DNA from: an uncultured Planctomycetaceae bacterium
GTDB taxonomy: Bacteria > Planctomycetota > Planctomycetia > Isosphaerales > Isosphaeraceae
Reading direction: 5' to 3'
DNA length: 64,000 nt
NCBI GenBank assembly: GCA_963833985.1
Contig: CAWIAD010000002.1
Coordinates: 480,001-544,000, forward strand
Under the pieces are notes generated by a model, which was not told where the DNA came from, did not search any database, and saw only the letters and a list, made by a program, of their open reading frames with translations. A program made the translations under genes and the position numbers. This document shows positions 1-10,498 of the stretch, one piece after another (within the stretch, counting starts at the first letter, position 1; each line of letters begins with the position of its first letter).

Positions 1-546
1 CGTATTCGCATCCTGCGTCCATCCTACCTAGCGATATGTGCTGCGGGTCGAGGGAGAGCCTGCGACCGGTGACATACTCGACCCCCGCGGAAAACGTCCC
101 GAAATAAGTCGCAAAAGAAAGACAGAGCACGGCCCCCCAACTCAGAAGGAGGGCAAACAGGGGAACGACTGTCTTCGATGACATCGCAGCCTTCTCCCTG
201 CGTCGAGGGCACTTTCATTGGAAGCGGATACAAACCGGAGAGCACCCAGGACCGCCAGTGACGCGTCGAAGCAGCCGGGACCTGGTCTCCGCACGGGTCT
301 TATTCCTCATCACCCCTGCTCCGCGTGACTCTGAACCGAGAACGACCGGCGCATCTCATGTTCAATTGGAAGGATAGTCCTGTTTGGATTGGTTCACCAC
401 GGTGACGAATCGCCCACTTTCCTGTCACTAACAGCATCAAGAATCAAGATAAAAGTCATTCTACTGTGACTGTCATGAATCAGTCAAGAAAAAATCCGCG
501 TGATCGTTGGTTAAAAAAATGGAGGCATGCCCCATAAAAAGAAAGG

Positions 547-1299
547 AAAGAACGGGCAATGCGATCTTACCGCGGACGGATTCGGTAACTCGTGCGGATC
601 TTGCTGGGAGGATCCGCCCATTGATCGCGCATGGCAGGTTGGGGCCAACCACATCCTGACGTATCACACGCCCGCCAGCGAAGGGCAACTCGCAGCGCTT
701 CCCGAGAATCCGGCCCCTCCATCGCATGGCATTGCAGATGAAACGACGCGCCGGTGCGGGGACGATCCCACCACGCGACAGCCCCAGCGACCTCCGCGCT
801 GAATGCGCGAATCCAGGAATGCGATTGGTCGCACGGCCTCGATCAGACTTCGCCTCTCAAGATTGGCCACGATCGAAGGGATGCTGTAATTCACACGACT
901 CAAGAACCAGGCGGCGCAAGTGCTTGCTGGCTCCAGCGAACGCGGTGCAGCCAGGTCACGCCTGGACGTTGAGCCTTGGCCTTCGGCTGATCGGCCAGGC
1001 CCACCGCGCGGTGAAAAGCAAAAGGGTGGCTCCAATGCTCTTCTGGCTGTTCAGGGATGGCTATTGGGATGATCGACCACCAGCCCTTCGGCCTGGGCGG
1101 CACGCCGCTGCCGTTCCGTGACCCGAGCCGTTGCGGGCGGGCCAGGCCGGCCGACTGTGCACGAGCACGAGGCGAGGGGAGAGCGGATATGGATGCCGAG
1201 CGGCCAGGCAGCCGTGCAAACGGTCCACTGGCGTTGAGCCTGTGCGGTCCACGCGATCGCGATGCCAACCGGCTGGGCAAGAAGCCCGGGGGAAGCTAG
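547..1299 (+). pseudogene. Highly decayed RAYT-like (Y1/HUH) transposase remnant
   Basis: Colinear patches match the RAYT copies later in the window: ACGGGCAATGC (552-562 = 30261-30271), GTGCGGATCTTGCTG(G/A)GAGG (592-611 vs 30305-30324), CCACGCGACAG (771-781 = 25053-25063), and peptide GEGRADMDAERPG vs REGKAAISAELAG. No intact ORF. Confidence 0.45.
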
Positions 1300-1323
1300 A
1301 CTTGGCTAGCTCAGGGAGACGCC

Positions 1324-1563
1324 ATGGAAATCGCGAATATCCACGAAGCCAGGTCGCGGCTTTCGAAGCTGATCGAGCACGCTTTGAACGGCGAGGAAGT
1401 CATCATTGCCAGGGCCGGGCAGCCCGTGGTGCGGTTGGTGCCAGTCACGACCGACGCTTCACCACGCACCGGCGGCCAGTGGCAGGGCCGCGTCCGCATC
1501 GCCGATGACTTCAAGGTTCTTCCGGACGACACCGCCTCCGCCTTCGGCAGCGAGAAGCAATGA
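1324..1563 (+). CDS. Phd/YefM family antitoxin
   Basis: NIHEARSRLSKLIEHALNGEEVIIARAGQPVVRLVP Phd motif; overlaps the downstream PIN gene (ATGA). Confidence 0.9.
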   Translation: MEIANIHEARSRLSKLIEHALNGEEVIIARAGQPVVRLVPVTTDASPRTGGQWQGRVRIADDFKVLPDDTASAFGSEKQ

Positions 1564-1937
1564 CGCTCCTGCTTGATACTTGTGTCTTCCTGTGGTGGCT
1601 TGACGACCCGCGGCGCCTCTCCAGAGCGGCCCGTAAGGCGATCGGCGACGGCAAGAATACCGTTGACATTTCAGCCGCCGTTGTCTGGGAAATCGCCATC
1701 AAACGGGCACTCGGCAAATTCGATGCCCCGCGCGACCTCGAGGGGGCGATGGCCTCCAACCGCTTCCTTCCGCTCCCGGTCACCATCCCGCACGCCCTGG
1801 CCGTCGAGACGCTGCCAAATCATCATCGCGATCCGTTCGACCGTATGCTGATTGCCCAGGCGCGGCGTGAAGGATTCAAACTCGTGAGCCGTGACCACCA
1901 TGTGCCGCTCTACGGCGTACCGCATATCCTTGCGTGA
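1560..1937 (+). CDS. vapC: VapC PIN-domain toxin
   Basis: LLLDTCVFLW...SAAVVWEIAIK...HRDPFDRMLIAQA...LVSRD PIN motifs. Confidence 0.92.
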   Translation: MTLLLDTCVFLWWLDDPRRLSRAARKAIGDGKNTVDISAAVVWEIAIKRALGKFDAPRDLEGAMASNRFLPLPVTIPHALAVETLPNHHRDPFDRMLIAQARREGFKLVSRDHHVPLYGVPHILA

Positions 1938-2144
1938 GCTTCAGACCGGAGGAATCGCCCTTCCATCAACCATCGCCGTGAAAGCAAAAGCAGATTTGAA
2001 CCTGGTAAAACGGTCCACGTGTCTTGATGCTTCCTCTCATTGGTCTCTGGCCCCGGTGTCTCCCGTTCACGACCTGCCATGACAGACCGCGGCCCATGGT
2101 GCTTCCACGATTGCGCAATGAACTCCGGATCAAGCAAACAACCC

Positions 2145-3461
2145 ATGTCGAATTCCCCGTCGTCAACTGCTCTGCCGGGTCCGCCTGAACGTGTCGCCTC
2201 CGTGGACGCGCTGCGGGGGCTGACAATCCTGCTCATGGTCTTCGTCAACGACCTGGGGCGGGCGGCTCCTGCCTGGATGCACCACATCCGGCCCCCCAAT
2301 GCCGACGGGATGACACTGGCCGATGTGGTCTTCCCGTGGTTCCTGTTCATCGTCGGCGTGTCGATCCCGCTGGCGTTCGAGCGCGCCCGGGCGGCCGGGG
2401 TCCCCGGCTGGAAGCAGCTTGCCCACGTCTTGTTGAGGACGGCGAGCCTGCTGATCATGGGGGTGATCGTGCTCAACAACGAGGAGGACAATTCCTCCCA
2501 CGCTCAGCTCTGGGGCACGCTCGCGTTCACCTGCTTGCTGCTGGCATGGTGCACCGTGCCGCGTGAGGCCGGCCGCCGCCGAACGGTGTGGATCGTCCTC
2601 AAGGGCGTGGGCGTGGTTGGCCTGCTGGCGCTCCTGGCCATGTTCCGGAGCGAGCCGGGACCGGCCGACTTCCCCATCGTCGGCCGGGTCGAGCAATGGG
2701 CCTGGCTCCGGACCGGCTGGTGGGGCATCCTCGGGCTGATCGGCTGGGCGTACCTGGCGGCTGCCCTCCTGACGCTTGCGCTCGGCCGGCGCAGGGAGTG
2801 GCTCATGGGGGCGATGGCCCTCTTGATGACGCTCCACCTGGCGATGAATCACGGCGGGCTCTTCTCCAGGGTCGAGAAGAAGGTCTGGCTGGGCCCGGTC
2901 CGGCCGGTCATCGATGCGTTCCAGGCCGGGGTGGACGGGATCGATCGCTACGTCGGCCTGGGCGACGCGACCGGCTCGCTGGCGGCCATCGTGATGGCCG
3001 GCTGCCTGCTGGGAAGCGTCCTCCGTGGCGACTCTGAAGTCGCGACCCATCGAGATCGGCTCCGCTGGGCGGCAGTGTACGCCCTCGGCCTGTTCGTGGC
3101 CGGGCTCTGCACCGACACCTTCGAGGGAATCAACAAGATCGGGGCGACTCCGGCCTGGTGCTTCTTCTCGGCCGCGCTGGCGTGCCTGACCTGGATGATC
3201 CTGTATCTCCTCATGGACGTGGCCGGCTGGCGGGGGTTCTCGCTGCTCATTCGCCCCGCTGGCGCCAACCCGCTGGTCGCTTACTTCCTGCACCCGATCA
3301 CGGTCGGGACGGTCGCGCTGGTGGGTCTGGGTGGGACCCTGCTTCGCTACCATGAATCTCCCGACCCAAAGGTCGCCGTTGCCGGCTCACTGGCAATGGC
3401 TTGCTTCGTTTGCGTGCTGACGGGGCTGCTCGGGAAGGTTGGATTCCGTGTGAAGCTGTGA
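2145..3461 (+). CDS. DUF5009 / heparan-alpha-glucosaminide N-acetyltransferase-like membrane protein
   Basis: RVASVDALRGLTILLMVFVND, TLADVVFPWFLFIVGVSIP, INKIGATP and GANPLVAY motifs; many TM segments; start approximate. Confidence 0.8.
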   Translation: MSNSPSSTALPGPPERVASVDALRGLTILLMVFVNDLGRAAPAWMHHIRPPNADGMTLADVVFPWFLFIVGVSIPLAFERARAAGVPGWKQLAHVLLRTASLLIMGVIVLNNEEDNSSHAQLWGTLAFTCLLLAWCTVPREAGRRRTVWIVLKGVGVVGLLALLAMFRSEPGPADFPIVGRVEQWAWLRTGWWGILGLIGWAYLAAALLTLALGRRREWLMGAMALLMTLHLAMNHGGLFSRVEKKVWLGPVRPVIDAFQAGVDGIDRYVGLGDATGSLAAIVMAGCLLGSVLRGDSEVATHRDRLRWAAVYALGLFVAGLCTDTFEGINKIGATPAWCFFSAALACLTWMILYLLMDVAGWRGFSLLIRPAGANPLVAYFLHPITVGTVALVGLGGTLLRYHESPDPKVAVAGSLAMACFVCVLTGLLGKVGFRVKL

Positions 3462-3622
3462 AACGATGCGGGTGTGCCGGTTTTTCCGACCCATGCGACG
3501 GCCGGGAAAAGCAGTGTGAAGAGACCCTCCGGTTCGCCATACTCATCCCTGCGGGCGCAACCCGCGATGGCAGCGCGACGCGCCACACAGATTCCGACCT
3601 TGCCCTTCCTGGAGCCGATCCG

Positions 3623-4402
3623 ATGGTCACGCCCGACGCCGACCCGACGCCCGAGGATGCCACCATCGGCGCACCAGCCGCCGGGGCTGGCGCACCGGCC
3701 GCAAGTCCGGGACGGCTCGTGAGCATGGCACTCGCCGCGGGGCTGCTTGGCGGGGTTGCGGCCTGGCTCGCGGGCGAAGCGATCCTCCATTCCTATCGGG
3801 ACGTTCTCAATCCTCAGGTCAAACGCGAGGTCGACGCGGAGGCCGTGCACCGTTTCGCCAGGGCGCAGCTCACGAGCGCCAGGGACACGTACACCGCGCT
3901 GGGTGCGATCGTCGGGTTCAGCCTGGGGCTCGCGGGAGGTCTGGCGCGGCGCTCCGCTTCCGCTGGAGCGAAGGCCGCGCTGGTGGGTGGCCTGCTCGGA
4001 GCGATCGCCGCGGCGTCGATCTCGCTGCTGGTCGTGCCCCATTTCTTCAAGACCCACGATCCACAATCGCAGGATCTGATGTTACCGATGCTGACGGTCG
4101 GCTCGATCTGTTCGGTCATCGGCGGGGCAGGTGGGCTGGCCTTCGGCGTCGGCGTCGGCGGGCGCGGTCGCTGGATGAAGTCTCTGCTGGGAGGTCTGGT
4201 CGGAGCGGCGCTGGCCACGGTTGCCTACGAGCTCATCGGGGCCGTCGCCTTCGCGACCGACAAGGCGGACCTACCCATCTCCGAGGCCGTTGCGACACGC
4301 GCCATGCTGTGTCTGCTGGTCGCACTCTTTGCGGCCGCCGGCTCGGCCCTGGGCCTGGGCCTTACATTCCGCAAGCCGAACGCCAGTCCGCCCACGTCGT
4401 GA
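3623..4402 (+). CDS. Hypothetical multi-pass membrane protein
   Basis: Gly/Ala/Leu-rich ORF with several hydrophobic helices; start uncertain. Confidence 0.6.
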   Translation: MVTPDADPTPEDATIGAPAAGAGAPAASPGRLVSMALAAGLLGGVAAWLAGEAILHSYRDVLNPQVKREVDAEAVHRFARAQLTSARDTYTALGAIVGFSLGLAGGLARRSASAGAKAALVGGLLGAIAAASISLLVVPHFFKTHDPQSQDLMLPMLTVGSICSVIGGAGGLAFGVGVGGRGRWMKSLLGGLVGAALATVAYELIGAVAFATDKADLPISEAVATRAMLCLLVALFAAAGSALGLGLTFRKPNASPPTS

Positions 4403-4482
4403 GACCGGGAAACGACGCGGCCAGCCACGTCCGAAGATGGCGACGCGGCCGGCCGGCGGATCAGTGAGCGAGCAGTGACCGA

Positions 4483-5586
4483 TCAATAGCTATCGGAGCT
4501 GATCACCTCGGAACCGGCCCGGGTGCCGAGCGACTCGTAGACGAGCATGCTGATCGAGTCCTTGATGAACTTCACGCTTCCATCGGCAAAGGCGAAGTTC
4601 GCACCGCCCGGATGATTGCTGCTGGCGTTCACGAAGTTGGATCCTTCCGGGGCACAGCCGAGGCATCCGCCCAGGCGACAGCTGTGCCAGGGATAGTTCT
4701 TGGAGTTGGGCGGCACGACCGTGTTGAACAGGGTCCAGCCGCGCTCGCCCTGGGCCCAGACTTGCCCGGTATACTGCTTCAGCCCTGTCGTGTCTCCGCT
4801 GAGCGTGCCGCTGGTGAAGAACGTGTTGCAGGACTGGAGTGCCAGCGTGACCGCGCCGGGGTTCGTCTTCGCGTCATACAGCGTTTCGACAATGGCATTA
4901 TCAGGGGGCCCCGCCATCCCGTTGCCCCGATAGGTGATCTTGCTGTAGTCGCCGACGAGCCCTTCGCCGAAGGCGATGGTGTTCGAGCTGCCGTCGGTGA
5001 CCGCAGCCAGAGTGACCGAAGCTCCCGAATTGGTATTCGGGTTGTAGAGCTTGAAGATCCCGGTGGCCTCGCCATCGTTGGGATACTGGATGGTGGTTGT
5101 CCCGATGCTGCCCGCATAGCTATTGATGTTCGCCGTGTACGTCACGACATTGCCAATGCCCGCCAGGCCATCCGAGGGGCAGAGGAACGAATTGATCTTG
5201 GTCGAGTAAACCGTGGAGTTGATCGCGTCGTACATGCCATCCCAGCAGCAGGCCCAGTTGAAGTTCGCCGCGTTGTACAGCGAGGTCTGCTCGATGTAAG
5301 GAAGCAGCATGGCCTGGGCGCTCCAGGACGTCCAGGAGCTGAGGTTGTTCGGGAACGCCGTTCCCGGGTAGCCGTTCGTCGAGTCGCAGCCTGGCGGGAA
5401 CGCCCCCGCCGCCGAGTGGTAATTGTGCATGGAGAGGGCCAGTTGCTTCAGGTTGTTGACGCACTGGGCCCGACGGGCCGCCTCGCGGGCGGACTGCACG
5501 GCCGGCAGGAGAAGTGAAATAAGAACAGCGATGATCGAGATGACTACCAGCAACTCGATCAGTGTGAATCCCTGACGCTTCCGCAT
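4483..5586 (-). CDS. DUF1559 prepilin-type N-terminal cleavage/methylation protein
   Basis: [43 protein letters not shown] and C-terminal [16 protein letters not shown] (H-X9-DG). Confidence 0.95.
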   Translation of the reverse strand: MRKRQGFTLIELLVVISIIAVLISLLLPAVQSAREAARRAQCVNNLKQLALSMHNYHSAAGAFPPGCDSTNGYPGTAFPNNLSSWTSWSAQAMLLPYIEQTSLYNAANFNWACCWDGMYDAINSTVYSTKINSFLCPSDGLAGIGNVVTYTANINSYAGSIGTTTIQYPNDGEATGIFKLYNPNTNSGASVTLAAVTDGSSNTIAFGEGLVGDYSKITYRGNGMAGPPDNAIVETLYDAKTNPGAVTLALQSCNTFFTSGTLSGDTTGLKQYTGQVWAQGERGWTLFNTVVPPNSKNYPWHSCRLGGCLGCAPEGSNFVNASSNHPGGANFAFADGSVKFIKDSISMLVYESLGTRAGSEVISSDSY

Positions 5587-5741
5587 GGTCTGAAGTCCCT
5601 TCGGAAATGGAAGCAAGACACGTGAGAGGGGGAACACCGGATCGACGCCCGATTCTGAAATCGGCTCGAGGGACCGGCGATCGAAAAATCAGCGGGCGAA
5701 AGGTTCGTCTGGCTTACGGGGAGAGTCGTATCCGCGAGCAT

Positions 5742-5942
5742 CTATCGCTTTGCGGCGCCCTGTTTCTTATTCAGCGCCCTCTGCTTGTAAAGTTCGGCTC
5801 TGGCCTTGGTCTCGGCTTTCGTCGCATCCCCGATCTGGACATGAGTGTCGTCTTGAGAACCGCCGCAACCCACGAGTACCAGAGGCGAGAACAGCGCAAG
5901 ATACAACAAGTGACGGCGTTCTTGGAAGCGGGGCTTGGTCAA
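5742..5942 (-). CDS. Small putative lipoprotein upstream of the DUF1559 gene
   Basis: Signal-like LLYLALFSPLVLVGC lipobox; start (TTG) uncertain. Confidence 0.5.
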   Translation of the reverse strand: MTKPRFQERRHLLYLALFSPLVLVGCGGSQDDTHVQIGDATKAETKARAELYKQRALNKKQGAAKR

Positions 5943-6384
5943 TTCGGGTCTCCCGACAAGTGACGAGGACAAGCCATCGGACGCCCGGGATGGCGCCGTG
6001 ATCAACAGCAAATCGGTGACGAACAAGGCTACTCGGTGTCGCTATTCAACGCTACGAAATTCTTCATTGTCCAGGGCCACGTCGCACTTCGTCATCATCC
6101 GGCACCACCGGACGTTCTGCCCGGTTCCGGATCGAATGCCCCGGGAACGATCCCAGAACATGTGCCGCGACGGCCCCCTCCTGGAGTGGGTCAACGTCAC
6201 GCAAGTCGTATATTTACAAAGGCTTACATGCAGCGCTTCGCCTCGACCAGCACCATATTCGGATCAGTTCTTGCTCGCCGGGAGTTGACGATCACCGCAC
6301 ATTGAGTTACAAATTTTGTCATCTGTCACTCACCCGGCTGCCCTCCGGCTGACGGGTCCACACCGTGTATGGGGAGGAGTTCCG

Positions 6385-7365
6385 ATGGAAATGCGACGCC
6401 TGGGAGTCGGCGGCCCGATGGTCTCGGCGGTGGGGCTGGGCTGCATGGGGATGTCGGACTTCTACGGACCGGCCGACGAGAAGGAGAGCGTCGCGACCAT
6501 TCACGAGGCCGTCGAACGCGGCGTGACGCTGCTCAACACGGGCGACTTCTACGGGATGGGGCACAATGAATTGCTGATTGCGCGGGCCATCGAGGGGCGG
6601 AGGGATCGTGTCTTCCTGTCGGTAAAGTTCGGGGCCCTGCGGACGCCGAGCATGGCGTTCATCGGATTCGACGGCCGGCCCGCGGCCGTCAAGAACTTCC
6701 TGACCTACACACTAAGGCGTCTCAGCACGGACTACGTGGACCTGTACCAGCCGGCCCGGGTCGATCCATCGGTCCCGATCGAGGATACGGTCGGCGCGGT
6801 GGCCGAGATGGTTCAGGCGGGATACGTCCGGCACCTCGGCCTGAGCGAGGCGGCGCCCGCCACGGTCCGCCGGGCGCAGGCCGTACACCCGATCGCGGCG
6901 CTGGAGACCGAGTATGCCGTCCTGACGCGCGAGATCGAGGCCGAGACCCTGCCGACTCTCCGGGAGCTGGGAATCGCGACGGTGGCCTATGGCGTCCTGT
7001 CGCGCGGCCTGATCGGCGGCGCGGCGCGGGGGCTGGGGGCCGCGGGCGATTACCGGACCATGCTCCCCCGCTTCCAGGCGGAAAATTTCGCCGCGAACAC
7101 GAAGCTGGTTGACGCACTGGAAGCAATGGCCCGGGAGAAAGGAGCAACCGCGGCTCAACTCGCCATCGCCTGGGTCCTCGCGCAGGGTCAGGATATCATT
7201 CCGCTCATCGGGGCCAGGACCAGGACCCGGCTGGCCGAGGCGCTCCCCGCGCTCGACCTGAAGTTGACCGCCGAGGACCTGGCACGGATCGACGCGGCCT
7301 TCCCCGTTGGCGCGGTGGCCGGCGATCGGTACGACAGGCATGGCATGGCGATGGTCAACCGCTGA
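6385..7365 (+). CDS. Aldo/keto reductase
   Basis: VSAVGLGCMGMS, DFYGMGHNE, DYVDLY, GLSE and AQLAIAWVL motifs. Confidence 0.95.
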   Translation: MEMRRLGVGGPMVSAVGLGCMGMSDFYGPADEKESVATIHEAVERGVTLLNTGDFYGMGHNELLIARAIEGRRDRVFLSVKFGALRTPSMAFIGFDGRPAAVKNFLTYTLRRLSTDYVDLYQPARVDPSVPIEDTVGAVAEMVQAGYVRHLGLSEAAPATVRRAQAVHPIAALETEYAVLTREIEAETLPTLRELGIATVAYGVLSRGLIGGAARGLGAAGDYRTMLPRFQAENFAANTKLVDALEAMAREKGATAAQLAIAWVLAQGQDIIPLIGARTRTRLAEALPALDLKLTAEDLARIDAAFPVGAVAGDRYDRHGMAMVNR

Positions 7366-7408
7366 CCGCGATCTGCGCCATGATTTCTCCGTCCCGCCCG
7401 GCATTCGC

Positions 7409-8020
7409 ATGGCACGTGACCGCTCCCGCGACACCACCGACGCCCAGCGCCAGCGCATCATGGATGCCGCCGAGGTGGTGATCCGCCGCCATGGGCCGGC
7501 CAAGACGAACGTCGTCGACGTCGCCCGCGAGCTGGGTCAGAGCCACGCCAGCGTGTATCGCTACTTCGCCAGCAAGGCCGACCTGCTCGACGCCCTGGTC
7601 GAGCGCTGGCTGATGCGCGTGTCCGAACCCCTGGAACGGATCGCGCGGGGCGAGGGGCCGGCGGGGGACCGGCTCCAGGCGTGGCTGATGGCGCTCTTCC
7701 GGGCCAAGGTCCGCAAGGTCACTGCCGATCCGGAGCTGTTCGCCACCTACCAGGCAATGGCCGCCGAGTCGCCCAGGGCCGTCGCGCACCATCTCGCCAT
7801 GCTGGACGAGCACGTCACGGCGATGGTCGCCGCGGGCATCGCGGCAGGCGAGTTTCCCCCCGACACGGACCCCCGGCGAGCCGCCCGCGCCCTCCTCAGC
7901 GGCTCGCTCCGTTTTCACCACCCCGCGCTCCTTGCCCAGGCCCCCGGACCGCCCAGCGAGCAGGAAGCCGAGGACGTTTTCGCTCTCCTCGTCAAGGGAC
8001 TGAGATCGGAAGCGGGGTGA
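7409..8020 (+). CDS. TetR family transcriptional regulator
   Basis: N-terminal HTH: IMDAAEVVIRRHG...VVDVARELGQSHASVYRYFASKADL. Confidence 0.92.
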   Translation: MARDRSRDTTDAQRQRIMDAAEVVIRRHGPAKTNVVDVARELGQSHASVYRYFASKADLLDALVERWLMRVSEPLERIARGEGPAGDRLQAWLMALFRAKVRKVTADPELFATYQAMAAESPRAVAHHLAMLDEHVTAMVAAGIAAGEFPPDTDPRRAARALLSGSLRFHHPALLAQAPGPPSEQEAEDVFALLVKGLRSEAG

Positions 8021-8052
8021 GGGCAGCCACCGAGGCCTTTCAGGCTATCAGC

Positions 8053-8089
8053 GCGGGCAAATGGCGGGCAAATGGGTCCAACCACTTTC
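8053..8089 (+). repeat. Family A element copy 1, left end (split by ISAs1)
   Basis: GCGGGCAAATG-GCGGGCAAATGGGTCCAACCACTTTC joins to 9364 (TGGATCACGGTCGGCTC) when the IS and one TSD are removed. Confidence 0.85.
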
Positions 8090-9353
8090 CAGGGCCAATC
8101 ACAGTTAGGAGATGCCCAACTTGGTGAAGAGTTCGCCGACTCGGGCAGCGTTTCTCCTCATGGCCTCCGCGATATTGTTCGCTTGCCACGAGCGCAGCAA
8201 ACCGATGGCCAGGTTTCGGAACGCTGCCATGACCTCTGGCCCAGAGTTCTTGCGGATGCGGCTGGCATCCTCTCCCAGGGTCACGTCGCGTACGTAGTGA
8301 GACTTGTTTTCGATCGTCCAATGGCCTCGTGACCATTGAAGAAGCCGCTCAGCGCCGGCGACTGCACGCGGCACGCTCGTGATGAAATAGCGAGTCTCCG
8401 TCGTGCACTTGCCGTCGCGTTTGACAACCGACTCGATCCGACCCACCTGGCTGACACCCGGCCAGTCGAGGTAAGTATTCAGCGCGGTCGTGGCCGTCAG
8501 CGTGCGGCGCTCATGGCGGCCGTGCCCTTTGTCGATCGTCGTCGCCGTGTCCATCGCCTCAAGCCAGAGCCGGCGCTGCCGAGGGGGAAAAAGACCCGTC
8601 AGCCTGCGGGGCCATCGCCGCTTGGATGTCGGCCAGGAGCGTCGGCTGATTGTCTTTGACAACCCAGAGATAATGGCCACCGCTGTCTATGATTTGTCGA
8701 CTCAGGTCGCGCTGGCAGAACATGGCATCACCGGTGATCACGCGACCCTCCAGGACCAAGTCCAAGAGCAATTTGAGGGCGGCCTTATGCTCATTGGTCT
8801 TATCGACCCCGCCGCGCGGTACCTCGGCTTGGGCGACCGTCAGCCCTGACTCGTGCGCCACCAGCGAGAGTAGATGGACCGCCTTGCTCAGCCCATCGAA
8901 GCTGCCGCGTGCCGACTTGCCATCAAGGGCAAAAGCTTCAGGGGAACCCGTCTCGGCCGCCGGTAGTCGGCCCATCATGGCGTCGGCCCACCGAGTTAAG
9001 GCGGCCTCCAGCGCGGCTGGATCCAAGCTCATGAGCACCTTGCGGATCCCGCCGGACTTGGGAGGGCGCCGCGTGAAGCCAAGCCGGTGCATCAGCGCGA
9101 TGTCATGGTCCTGGGCCCATTGGGCGATCGCCGCATAGCTGCGGGCTCCGCACATGATGGCGCAACAGGTCAACGCCAGGATCGCTCTAAGCGGATGCTG
9201 GCGGCCATGACGGCTGCGAGGGTCCGGAATCTCGCCGAGGAAATGAAGCAAGCCTAGGAGTGGGGACGCGTCCATGCCATGGCCCTCGTTGGTGTCATCC
9301 TGAGCAACGAAGACTTAACTATCTACTCCAGGCTAAATCTGTCAATAGCCCTG
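8090..9353 (-). mobile_element. ISAs1 family insertion sequence
   Basis: Imperfect TIRs CAGGGCCAATCACAG / CTGTCAATAGCCCTG; 10-bp TSD AACCACTTTC (8080-8089, 9354-9363). Confidence 0.92.
8105..9275 (-). CDS. ISAs1 transposase in two frames joined at TTTTTCCCCC (~8583-8592)
   Basis: IPDPRSRHGRQHPL, ALDGKSARGS, ITGDAMFCQ, VKDNQP, then KGHGRHERR and RGHWTIENKSHYVRDVTLGED. Confidence 0.9.
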
Positions 9354-9510
9354 AACCACTTTCTGGATCACGGTCGGCTCAATCGTCGCATTCAGCCTCT
9401 TATCCGTAGGGTTATGGCCGAAACGGGCGACTCGACGCAAGGGCGGAATGGATGGCAGAAGGGCCACCCATTGGCGGATAGCTCAGACTGTGGGTGGTCC
9501 GGTTTTATTT
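9354..9510 (+). repeat. Family A element copy 1, remainder
   Basis: ...CACGGTCGGCTCAATCGTCGCATTCAGC...GGATGGCAGAAGGGCCACCCATTGG...CTCAGACTGTGGGTGGTCCGGTTTT. Confidence 0.9.
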
Positions 9511-9681
9511 TTCTACAAACCTGGACTGGGCCGGTTCTCGGTGCGATTCGCGGTTGGAATCGTCGATGCGAATCCCGAGGATTCTGATACGCGTCCTGGT
9601 GAGCGCTGCTTTTGCTGGCCTGCTCGCGGCTGAGCCGTCCGCCTGCGGTAGGGCACCAGGGTGAGCGATCGCCGTTCCTCT

Positions 9682-10015
9682 TTATTCAAAAATCGGCGTC
9701 AGCTTTGCCAGTGCCTCATCGACGATCGCGTCCGGAGCCTGTTCCAGCTTCTTGCCCCCGCGCGCTCAGATCGAGCGCGCGGGGTTGGTCGCAGCGTATG
9801 ATGCCAATCGTTTTCGTCCCCGCGCCCTCCAGCTTCACCGCAAAACCTGCCGTCCGCGCGAAATTACCGCCGCTGGTGATCGGCAGCACAACGGGCACCT
9901 TCGTCACGCGGTTGAACGCCTCTGGCGACACGATCAGCACCGGTCGCCGCCCTCGCTGCTCGTGTCCCTGCGTGGGATCAAGCTCGACCAGCCAGATTTC
10001 GCCCCGCTTCATCAA
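9682..10015 (-). CDS. pemK: PemK/MazF family toxin (1-nt frameshift near 9758)
   Basis: RGEIWLVELDPTQGHEQRGRRPVLIVS...PITSGGNFARTAGFAV...RCDQPR; the expected C-terminus GKKLEQAPDAIVDEALAKL continues in another frame to a stop at 9682. Confidence 0.88.
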
Positions 10016-10269
10016 ATCAGCTCACTGCCGACAGGTCCGGTGTCGAGCCATTCGCGGTCTTCCTTGCCGCGCGGCGCCTTCGCGTTGCATTGGGCCAGGA
10101 GCTCGTCGAGCGTATAGTGCGGCCGCTCCTGAGGTTCGACGACCAGCCGCCCCCCTTGCACCGCCAGGCCTACCTTCGCTCCCGCCCGCAAGTGCAAGAT
10201 GTCGAGCAGTGCGGGCGGCACGGCCAGCATGATCGAGCCCCCGACCTTACGCAGATTTGTTATGTGCAT
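10012..10269 (-). CDS. pemI: PemI/MazE (AbrB-fold) antitoxin
   Basis: MHITNLRKVGGSIMLAVPPALL...YTLDELLAQC...EWLD...GSELI; overlaps pemK. Confidence 0.92.
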   Translation of the reverse strand: MHITNLRKVGGSIMLAVPPALLDILHLRAGAKVGLAVQGGRLVVEPQERPHYTLDELLAQCNAKAPRGKEDREWLDTGPVGSELI

Positions 10270-10280
10270 GACCCACTCCT

Positions 10281-10307
10281 GAAAGTTATACTCCAATATA
10301 ACCTTTC
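10281..10307. promoter_or_regulatory. Palindromic operator (pem-box-like) upstream of pemI
   Basis: GAAAGTTATA-CTCCAA-TATAACCTTTC inverted repeat 12-38 bp upstream of the start codon; AT-rich in a GC-rich background. Confidence 0.7.
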
Positions 10308-10498
10308 TCGGAGAGGATTCCAACCCCCCCTCGCTGGTCTGCCCATGGACAGGACCGCATCCGACAGCGAAATGGTCTTGATGACGATTCCATCGTCGCA
10401 GCACCCCAACGGGCGAGAGGAAGGAGCCGAGTGCGGACTGCCCTACGCCCCGCACTGGCCTCAACCGGCTGGCGGCGCCCTTGCTGGCCGGCAAACGG

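Noticed and set aside
24..245. Short minus-strand ORF at the window start
   Set aside because: No recognisable motif or clear start signal; cannot be supported.
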